Source: an uncultured Acidobacteriota bacterium
GTDB taxonomy: Bacteria; Acidobacteriota; Thermoanaerobaculia; UBA5066
Direction of reading: 5' to 3'
Assembly: GCA_937888435.1 (NCBI GenBank)
Contig: CALAQS010000351.1
Location: forward strand, 1,942 to 65,941
DNA length: 64,000 nt
Positions 54,446-61,713 of this stretch are shown piece after piece. The notes beneath the pieces are model-generated. The model was not told the DNA's origin. It did no database searches and worked only from the letters and a program-made list of their open reading frames with translations. How positions within the stretch are numbered: the stretch's first letter is position 1; every line of letters starts with the position of its first letter. The position numbers and the translations under genes were made by a program.

Positions 54446-55546
54446 TCAATGCACATAGGCGCAGCCGACCCGCATGCGGCCGTCCGAAAGGGGGACCGTG
54501 TTCACCCTCCGCATCGCCACGCGATGCGGTTCGCCGCTGTACCGCTGCAAGATCTCGCCCTCGAGCCGGTCGGGCGTTTTTTCCCGGGACGTGACGAACG
54601 CGAGCCCGCCATAAGAGATGTCGTGCACCTCCGCGAGCGCGCCCCGGCGCGCGCCGCGGCCGCCCATCTTCAGCGTCAGGCCCGGCACGCAAAAGCGCGG
54701 AAAGCGCCGCGTCCTCTCGAACGGCTTCGCGTTCTGGCGCTTCGAGGCGTAGAGGCGAATGTCGCTGATCTTGAGGAGGAAGTCGAGCAGGCGGCCATCC
54801 GTCGGGAACGTCGCGAGCCCGTAGTTGAGCCCCACCTTGAGGCCGACGCGAAGCGGAAGCCGGATGCCCGCCACCTTGTGCCGGATGCGCTCGGCGACGG
54901 CGAGACTGTTCACGACGTCGCTGTTCGGGAGCACGGTCACGAACTCGTCGCCACCGTACCGGCAGCCCGCGTCCACGACGCGCAGCGACTCGCGGATGAC
55001 CTTCGCCGTGCGCACCAGAACTCCGTCACCCACCGGGTGGCCGAGACGGTCGTTGATGGACTTGAAGCCCGCGAGATCCATCATGAGGACCGAGACGACG
55101 CCGCCCGCGCGCTCGGCACGTGAGACCTCGCGGTCGAGGTGGTCGTGGAGGAAGCGGCGGTTGTAAAGGCCCGTGAGCGGGTCCGTGATCGCGTTCACGC
55201 GAAGCGCCGAGATCTCGTTGTCGGACAGGAGGCGCGGCTCCTTCAGCTTTCCGAGCCGGCTGTGGAACTCGTGAAGAAGAGCCGTCTGGAGCGACACGGG
55301 CGCCCCGAGCGCGCTCTCCATCTTCTCGAATGCGCGCTCCACGCGCGCCCACAACGGCGGCACGTCGTTCACGGGAACCGTCACGCCGATCCACTCCACG
55401 AGGAGAAGGCGAAGGAGCTCGGTGCGCGTGACGCCCTCGCTCGCGGCGCCGAGATCGCGCTCGAAGCGCTCACGCGAGAAGCCCCGGGCGCGCCCGAGGC
55501 GAGCCAGCCGGAATACCCGGGCGGAGAGATCCTTTTCGGGCACCAT
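54446..55546 (-). CDS. Diguanylate cyclase (active GGDEF with I-site) fused to a C-terminal PilZ domain
   Basis: The likely start is ATG 55546 (MVPEKDLSARV). It has DPLTGLYNRRF and the RVVDAGCRYGGDEF block (RxxD I-site 5 aa before GGDEF). The C-terminal PilZ motifs are RRFPR (RxxxR) and DISYGG (DxSxxG). Confidence 0.85.
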   Translation of the reverse strand: MVPEKDLSARVFRLARLGRARGFSRERFERDLGAASEGVTRTELLRLLLVEWIGVTVPVNDVPPLWARVERAFEKMESALGAPVSLQTALLHEFHSRLGKLKEPRLLSDNEISALRVNAITDPLTGLYNRRFLHDHLDREVSRAERAGGVVSVLMMDLAGFKSINDRLGHPVGDGVLVRTAKVIRESLRVVDAGCRYGGDEFVTVLPNSDVVNSLAVAERIRHKVAGIRLPLRVGLKVGLNYGLATFPTDGRLLDFLLKISDIRLYASKRQNAKPFERTRRFPRFCVPGLTLKMGGRGARRGALAEVHDISYGGLAFVTSREKTPDRLEGEILQRYSGEPHRVAMRRVNTVPLSDGRMRVGCAYVH

Positions 55547-55550
55547 TTGT

Positions 55551-56054
55551 TCAGGCGTGGCGCCGGGCCGAGACGGCGCCCACGAGGCCGCCCTCCTCTT
55601 CGCGCGCGAGAGACTCCGCCGCGCGCGCGACGTCCTCCACGGTCTCACCCACCGGGAAGACGAGCATGAGCTGGCCACCGTGGAGGAGATCCACGAGCTC
55701 GCTGTCCGTCCGGGCCCACAGGACGTGTCCCTGCGCGACGAGCAGACGCGCACCGGCGACGTCGGGCTTCGAAGGGTCGAGGCGCCGAAGCGTCGCCACG
55801 ACGCGACGGACTTCCGACAGGCCGAACCCGGCGGCGCGCAGCCGGCCCGCGACGCGGAGCCGCACGACGTCGCCGAACGAATAGCGGCGCTTCGAGCCGT
55901 ATCCGGCGGCGCCCGCGAGAGACGGCGAGAAAAACCCGAGCCGGTCCCAGTGATCGAGCTGACGCGCTGAGAGCCCGGTCAGCCGCGCAACCTGCGCCGT
56001 CGAGAACGAAGCCTGAAGGATCCGGCGATTGAATTTCACGGGTGTAGTTTCCAA
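55551..56054 (-). CDS. MerR family transcriptional regulator
   Basis: 167 aa. The MerR HTH is FSTAQVARLTGLSARQLDHWDRLGFFSPS...RRYSFGDVVRLRVAGRLR. It is the first gene of the minus-strand c-di-GMP operon. Confidence 0.8.
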   Translation of the reverse strand: METTPVKFNRRILQASFSTAQVARLTGLSARQLDHWDRLGFFSPSLAGAAGYGSKRRYSFGDVVRLRVAGRLRAAGFGLSEVRRVVATLRRLDPSKPDVAGARLLVAQGHVLWARTDSELVDLLHGGQLMLVFPVGETVEDVARAAESLAREEEGGLVGAVSARRHA

Positions 56055-56168
56055 TTATACCCATGTCCCGAGCGAAAAGTCGGCGCCCGGGTCAGATTCC
56101 CCGGCGAGGGCTGCTAAACTCACCTCCCGCCTTCCCTTTCGCGGCGTTCACTCGAGGGTTTCGCGAGC

Positions 56169-57086
56169 ATGCGTGAAGAGCTGAGCCGGATCGATCTGTC
56201 CCCCATCGCCGACCTCGTGCGGATCAAGAAAGAGGAGCAGCTCCTCGCGGAGCGCCTGAAGAGCATGGAAATCCGCGCGGAGAAAGTGTCGTCGGCCGTC
56301 TACGAGCGGGTCCGAAAGGACTACGAGACGAGGCGGTTGGCGCTCGAGCAGGAGTCGCGGCCTCTCAAGGAGCAGGCGCGCCGTGAGTACCGGCGGCTTC
56401 AGGCCCTCCGGCGCGAGGTCGAGCAGGCTGTCGAGGCCGCGTCGTTCGACAAGGAGGAGGTCGAATTCCGCCGTGAGCTCGGCGAGCTCCCGGACGGCCT
56501 CTACAAGGAGCGGATTGCCGCCTGCGAGAAGCACCTCGCCGACGAACGCCAGGATCTCGAGGCGGTCCTGCAGATGAAGGCCACGTTCCTCGACGCGTTC
56601 CGGTCCGAGGAGGACCTCGAGACGCCGGACTCCGGCTCCGAAGGACCTGCTCCTCCGGCCCCGCGGCCCCCCGTGCGACCTGCGCCTTCGGCCCCGCCGG
56701 CCCCCTTTCCCGTCGAGAACGTCATCAAAGCGCCGCCTCCGTTCGAGAAGGCGCCTGCCGCGGCCCCGCCCGAGCCCCCGGACGCCACGGTCGTCCTGAC
56801 GCGGGCCCGCCTCTCGCTCCTGGACGGGGACAGGATCGCGAAGGAGTTCCCGCTGAAGCCCGGTGTCTCCATCCTCGGGCGCCTCGCTCTGAGCGACGTC
56901 CATCTGCCGACCCCCGACGTGTCGCGCAAGCACGCGCAGGTGATCGTCGGGCCGTCCGGCGTGTTCGTGGTCGACCTCGAGTCGGAGAACGGCGTCGTCG
57001 TGAACGGCAAGAAGGTGGACAAGGTTCAGCTCGTGGAAGGCGACGTGCTCACGCTCGGCAAGCAGCGGCTCGTCTTCCACGACTGA
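56169..57086 (+). CDS. FHA-domain protein with N-terminal coiled coil and Pro-rich linker
   Basis: 305 aa. The C-terminal FHA domain is SILGRLALSDVHLPTPDVSRKHAQVIVGPSGVFVVDLESENGVVVNGKKV...GDVLTLG. The N-terminal 150 aa are heptad-like and charged. Confidence 0.8.
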   Translation: MREELSRIDLSPIADLVRIKKEEQLLAERLKSMEIRAEKVSSAVYERVRKDYETRRLALEQESRPLKEQARREYRRLQALRREVEQAVEAASFDKEEVEFRRELGELPDGLYKERIAACEKHLADERQDLEAVLQMKATFLDAFRSEEDLETPDSGSEGPAPPAPRPPVRPAPSAPPAPFPVENVIKAPPPFEKAPAAAPPEPPDATVVLTRARLSLLDGDRIAKEFPLKPGVSILGRLALSDVHLPTPDVSRKHAQVIVGPSGVFVVDLESENGVVVNGKKVDKVQLVEGDVLTLGKQRLVFHD

Positions 57087-57152
57087 CGCCGCCCGGATCG
57101 CGCCGCCCCCGCTTCTTGACGGCGTTACCGCGGAATCCGATCATCCCGATCA

Positions 57153-59297
57153 GTGCAAGAGCCTGAGGGAATCGAGACCGCGCGACTTCTGCCGCCGGTG
57201 GGGGCGAATGCCCCCTTCGGCCTGCACCTCCTCCTGGATGTCTCGGGCGAAAGCCGTGAGCGGTCGCCGTTCGTGCGACTCTCGGAGTCCGACGACCTCG
57301 CGCGCGTCTTCCTGGCCGCGGTGAAGGGGGATGACGGCACCCTCCTCGAGCTTTGTGCGCTGAAGCTGATGCCGGACGCCTGGCCGGACGGCGTGACGCC
57401 GGGCGCGCTCGACATGACGAACCGCGATCTCGAGGACCGCTGGGACAGAGAGAAATCACGTCTCGTCGACCTGCGTGCGCTGTCGTCGCACTTCCCGCGC
57501 CTCATCCGCCTGGACGCCCCGGCGGGAAAAACAGCGGACCGCCTTCCACCGCTCCTCTATTCGCGTGCGGGGCGCTCGTTCTTCGTCCCGCCCTGCCCCG
57601 GCTGCAGGAGCCCGCTCTCGCTCTGTCGCGACGAGGCGTGGCTCGCGCGCACCGGCCTCCCGTCCTTCGCCTCGTCGCGGGAGCGCTTCGTCTGGTGCGA
57701 AAGCTGCGCCAAGGGACCCGGGGCGCCGACGGTTTACACGACGTCGCGGATCAGCACGCCGGGCGCTACCGTCCGCTCCGCCACCGACCTTCTCGACGAC
57801 CTGGGCCACGCGCTTCGCGAGGTCTGGACGGAGGAAGAGGCAACCGCCCTGGTCGGCACGGAAACCGCAAAGGCGGTGCGCTCCCTTCCCGCGGCCGCGG
57901 CTGGCGGCGCGAGCGCCCGGGATCTCTTCACGCCGCTGACCTTCTACGGGTCGCCCTTCCTCGTGACCGTGGCGGCCCCCCTCGACCTCGAAGCGCTCGC
58001 CGATGCGCTCGGCGGCCGGCCCTGGGAGGAGTTCGAGGTCCGAAGTGCAGGCACGGGCGGAGGGCTCCCCACGCGCTGGGCGTGGCTCGTGAGGGCGCCT
58101 GCGCCAACCCGACGGCTCCTCTTCGCTGAGGAGAGCTCCGGCCTCGATGCCGTCGAGATCTTCTTCCTGAAGCTGACCGCGTTCCGCCAGATCCTCGAAG
58201 GCCTCATCGACTATTACCGGGCCGCCGGACGCCCGCACCTCGACCTCCACCCCCGCCACCTCCTCTTCGAGCTTTCGGGAGCCGGCGACGGCCTTCCCCT
58301 CTTCTGGACGTTTCAGGCGCGGATCCACGGCCTGGCCGCAGCCGCGGTGACGCTCCCCGCCCCGGGATCGCCGTCGGTCGTCCTGCCCGGACAGGGGCTG
58401 GCCATTCCCTATGCGGCCCCCGAGATCCAGGAGTTCCGCCTGGCCGGATACCGGCCGTGTGAGCTCGTCTTCACCGACCTCGACGAGGACGGGACGGGAT
58501 CGCGGCGCTTCCGGCTCCGCGGCCGCGTCTCCGATGCGTACGGCCTCTATCCCTCGCCGCAGCCGCGCGACACGATCTTCCTGTCGGTCCCGGACCCGAC
58601 TCTCGACCTCGGCTTCACCGGCCTCGCCGTCCGGGCGACGCCCGGAGAGATCCGCTCGGACGAGGCGGCGTTCGCGAGCGACCTCGTCGCACTCGAGGAG
58701 AACGGCCTGCGCCGTCTCCGCCTCGCGCTCGGCACGAAGATTCCCGGGGCCCGCTATCGTGTCTTCCCGGATTTCGGCACGCCGAGCGACCTGCACGCTC
58801 TCGGCGTCTCCCTGCTCCGCCTGCTGCTTCGAAACGACGGCCAGGATGTCGCCGCCGTCCTCAGGGCGGCCGACCGGCTCACTCGAGAGGTCGCGGCGCT
58901 CGGGCCCGGCGAGGCCCGGCGGAACGTCACGCTCGCCACACTCCTCAAACGCGTTCCGGACGCGGCGCCCGTTTTCTCGAAGACGCAGATTTTCTGGGGC
59001 CATGACGACCGCCGCGCCGACCGGCCGAATGCCGTTCCGGAGACGCTCTGGGAACGGGCGGTCCTCCTCGCGCTCCGCCTCGTCACGCGCGTCGCGGGCT
59101 TCTCGGTCGCGGCCTCTCCCGCCGACTTCGATCCGCTCTTCCGGGAAGAGAAGCTCGAACGGATCGTCCCCGAGGTCGTGTCGCTCCTCGCCGAGCTGCA
59201 CTCTCTCCTCTTCGAGCGACAGTCGGTGCATCTCGAGATCCAGCAAGTCCTCGCCGAGATCCAGGAGAGCGAGCGTCTCTCCGAGGCGCGCCCGTGA
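57153..59297 (+). CDS. Cytoplasmic protein-kinase-fold protein with degenerate catalytic motifs (predicted pseudokinase) and a Cys-rich insert
   Basis: 714 aa with a GTG start. Kinase-like landmarks are LCALKLM (VAIK-like, K71), DREKSRLVDLRALSSHFPRLIRL (helix C / HPNIV-like), GRPHLDLHPRHLLF (HRDLKPxN-like, 362-371), ARIHGLA in place of DFG, YAAPE (APE) and PSDLHALGVSLLRLL (subdomain IX). The Cys insert is CPGC..C...CESC (148-185). No TM segment. The coding call is confident; the functional call is inference. Confidence 0.6.
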   Translation: MQEPEGIETARLLPPVGANAPFGLHLLLDVSGESRERSPFVRLSESDDLARVFLAAVKGDDGTLLELCALKLMPDAWPDGVTPGALDMTNRDLEDRWDREKSRLVDLRALSSHFPRLIRLDAPAGKTADRLPPLLYSRAGRSFFVPPCPGCRSPLSLCRDEAWLARTGLPSFASSRERFVWCESCAKGPGAPTVYTTSRISTPGATVRSATDLLDDLGHALREVWTEEEATALVGTETAKAVRSLPAAAAGGASARDLFTPLTFYGSPFLVTVAAPLDLEALADALGGRPWEEFEVRSAGTGGGLPTRWAWLVRAPAPTRRLLFAEESSGLDAVEIFFLKLTAFRQILEGLIDYYRAAGRPHLDLHPRHLLFELSGAGDGLPLFWTFQARIHGLAAAAVTLPAPGSPSVVLPGQGLAIPYAAPEIQEFRLAGYRPCELVFTDLDEDGTGSRRFRLRGRVSDAYGLYPSPQPRDTIFLSVPDPTLDLGFTGLAVRATPGEIRSDEAAFASDLVALEENGLRRLRLALGTKIPGARYRVFPDFGTPSDLHALGVSLLRLLLRNDGQDVAAVLRAADRLTREVAALGPGEARRNVTLATLLKRVPDAAPVFSKTQIFWGHDDRRADRPNAVPETLWERAVLLALRLVTRVAGFSVAASPADFDPLFREEKLERIVPEVVSLLAELHSLLFERQSVHLEIQQVLAEIQESERLSEARP

Positions 59298-61234
59298 GCC
59301 AGCCCGCCTTCTTCGCCGTCGAGGTCTGGCTCGGACCGATGGAAGGGCTTCGCTACGTCACACCGGCCGGGAATGCGCCGGTCACGATCCACATCGGTCG
59401 GGTCTCCGTGGACAAGAAGACGAACACGAGGAACGAGTTCGTCCTCTCTTACGGCCATGGCGTCTCGTCGACCCACGCGGAGCTCCGCTTAGAGCGGGGC
59501 CGGCTCTTCCTGAAGGATGCCGGGTCGACGAACGGGACCTCCGTCCAGTCCGGTCAGGTCACCGGCGAGGCCGAGATCCGTTCGGGCGACGTCTTCCTCG
59601 TCTCCTCGACGCCGGTCAGGGTCCGGCTCGTCGACGCGCCGCTTCCGGAGATGCCCTTCCCGCGCGTTCTCCGCGGAGAGGCGTGGCCGGACCCGGCAGT
59701 TCAGAGCATCGTGCGCGGAGCCCGCGAAGCGGCCGTGCAGCGCGGCGAGCTGTTCACCGACACGCGCCATCTCTGCGACGCGATCCTCCGCTCGCGCAGC
59801 GCGAGCATCCAGCGGATCCTGAGGGACGCAAGCTGGTCGCGCGAGCAGGCGCTGGCGGAGCTGTGGGAAGGCCGCCTCTTCGCGGGCCCCTACACGTGGC
59901 TCAACGACCTCTTCCTGCAGCCGATCGGCCTCAAAACCGGCTCCGACGAGCTGATCCTCTCGCCCAAGGTCGGCTTCCTTCTCGAGGAGTGCCAGCGCCG
60001 GTCCATCGAATCTTCGGCGATGGACCTCGAGACGACGCTCCGACACGAGCTGTTGACGCTGCTCAGGCAGGACGCGGAAAGCGCCGTGGGCTCGTGGCTC
60101 GCCCGGCGGCTTCCGGGCCTCGCCGCCAAGGAAGAGCCGCCGCCAAAACCGCCGTCATCCCCCCGCCCTTCGCCGCCCGCCGACGCGCCGCCGTCCGGGC
60201 CCGAGACCCGGCGCCCGCCTTCACAGAGGACGAAGCCCGTGAGAGCCGCGGAGGTCTTCGTCGACCGCGTCGCGGACCTTCTCACCAAAGACGAGAAGGT
60301 CCCGACTGCCCCCACGCCGCCGCCGGTCGAAAGGGCGGGCCCTGGGGCCGCGCTCGCCGGCGCTCCGCTCACCGAGGAGGAGATCGCTCTCGACCGGAAG
60401 GCGCGAGAGCTCGGCGACGCGCTCCTGCGCGAGTCTGCCGCCTACCGCTTCTCGACGCCGGCCGACCGGCGCGAGGCCCTCAGGTCGCTCGTCGTGAAGG
60501 AGCTTCACGCTCTCCAACCCGCCGGGAGGCCACGCGTCCTGGAGCAGTTGAGGCTGCAGTTTCCCATCGTCGCGCCGGGCGACGTGCCAAACCTCGAGGA
60601 GCTCCGGCTCCGGCGCCGCGTAGCCGAGCTGGAACGGCGCCTCGCCGAGGCGGCCTCCCGGCCAGCCGCGGCCGCGTCCAAATCGGCCGTCGCCGCGTCT
60701 CTGCCGTGGCGGACCTTGCTGACGCCGGAGGACGGCAAGGCCTCGACCTTAGAGCCCCGGCTCGCTTTCCTCCGCGATGTCCTCCGCTTTGCCCAGGACG
60801 TCGAGACGTTCACCCTCGGCCTCGTCGAAGCGATGACGATGCCGGGCGCCGAGACCGCGAACTTCCGCCTGCCTAACTTCCGCGACCGGCTGAGCGTCTT
60901 CTTCGCCGCTGCCGCCGAGGGGAAGGACGTGAACCCGGACGACGTGCGGGACTACCTCGCCGAGCTGCGGCGCTGGCAGATCGCCATTTCGGCGGGGCAT
61001 CACGAGGCGCCGAAGTTGTGGTTCACCAAGCTCTGGAAGAGAATCAGCCCGGCAGTCATCGAAGCGGGGAAACCGGAAGCGGGGTGGAAGCTCCGCGGGG
61101 AGACGGCGGAATGGTGGAACCAGTATCGCGACCTCGTGAAGGACCTCAACCCCGATCTCGTCCAGGATCAGGTTCTTCAGGCCGCGGCGCACTTCTCGCA
61201 GGCGGAATTCCAGAAACTCAACAAAAGGAAGTAG
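59294..61234 (+). CDS. tagH: T6SS-associated FHA protein (TagH/Fha-like) with an internal Clp-N-like double repeat
   Basis: 646 aa with a GTGA overlap with the upstream gene. The N-terminal FHA domain is IHIGR...VSSTHAELRLERGRLFLKDAGSTNGTSV. Residues about 133-272 resemble two Clp_N repeats. A Pro-rich linker follows. The C-terminal about 160 aa (RRWQIAISAGHHEA...LWKRISP...AEWWNQYRDL...FSQAEFQK) resemble the TagH C-terminal domain. Its position just before tssJ matches fha1-tssJ-tssK-tssL-tssM loci. Confidence 0.7.
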   Translation: MSQPAFFAVEVWLGPMEGLRYVTPAGNAPVTIHIGRVSVDKKTNTRNEFVLSYGHGVSSTHAELRLERGRLFLKDAGSTNGTSVQSGQVTGEAEIRSGDVFLVSSTPVRVRLVDAPLPEMPFPRVLRGEAWPDPAVQSIVRGAREAAVQRGELFTDTRHLCDAILRSRSASIQRILRDASWSREQALAELWEGRLFAGPYTWLNDLFLQPIGLKTGSDELILSPKVGFLLEECQRRSIESSAMDLETTLRHELLTLLRQDAESAVGSWLARRLPGLAAKEEPPPKPPSSPRPSPPADAPPSGPETRRPPSQRTKPVRAAEVFVDRVADLLTKDEKVPTAPTPPPVERAGPGAALAGAPLTEEEIALDRKARELGDALLRESAAYRFSTPADRREALRSLVVKELHALQPAGRPRVLEQLRLQFPIVAPGDVPNLEELRLRRRVAELERRLAEAASRPAAAASKSAVAASLPWRTLLTPEDGKASTLEPRLAFLRDVLRFAQDVETFTLGLVEAMTMPGAETANFRLPNFRDRLSVFFAAAAEGKDVNPDDVRDYLAELRRWQIAISAGHHEAPKLWFTKLWKRISPAVIEAGKPEAGWKLRGETAEWWNQYRDLVKDLNPDLVQDQVLQAAAHFSQAEFQKLNKRK

Positions 61235-61239
61235 ACGTG

Positions 61240-61713
61240 ATGCCGACCTTCGACGAAAAGCCCGACCGGTGCGTCCGACTCGCCGTCCTCGCCCTCGCGG
61301 TCGCCGGTGCCGCCTTTGCCGCAGGGTGTGGCTCTTCCGCGGCGAAGGTCTCATTCACCTGCGCACCCGAGATCAACGGCGGAACGCTCCTCACGGTCGA
61401 CGTCGTCCGGGCCACCGAGCCCGAAGTCGAGAGGATCCGTGCCCTCGGCGAAAAGTGGTTCTACGACCCGCTCCGGGACTCCCTCAGAGACAGGACGCGG
61501 ACCGCAACCTTTTCGCAGTCCGAGGGGCGCTGCGAGAAGGAGCTGACCGTCCCGGCGACCAAGGATGACAAGTTTCTCGTGATCGTCGCGGACTACCGCT
61601 TCCAGACCGCCGACCCGGGACGCTACCTAGTCGTCCTGCGCAGGGATCAATGGAAGGGCCGGACGATTCGGGTCCAGGTCCGCGACCGGGACTTCTCGAT
61701 CATCCAGCCGTGA
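61240..61713 (+). CDS. tssJ: Type VI secretion lipoprotein TssJ
   Basis: The real 157-aa part of track ORF 61018..61713 has the lipobox AFAAGCGSS. The beta-sandwich pattern is LLTVDVVRATE...F...KFLVIVADYRFQ. Small size and its position before tssK support the call. Confidence 0.75.
   Translation: MPTFDEKPDRCVRLAVLALAVAGAAFAAGCGSSAAKVSFTCAPEINGGTLLTVDVVRATEPEVERIRALGEKWFYDPLRDSLRDRTRTATFSQSEGRCEKELTVPATKDDKFLVIVADYRFQTADPGRYLVVLRRDQWKGRTIRVQVRDRDFSIIQP

Noticed and set aside
56055-56168. Sigma-54 (TGGCAC-N5-TTGC) promoter in front of the T6SS block
   Set aside because: No GG-N10-GC element with the conserved flanks is present in the 114-nt intergenic region. I could not identify a convincing -35/-10 pair either.
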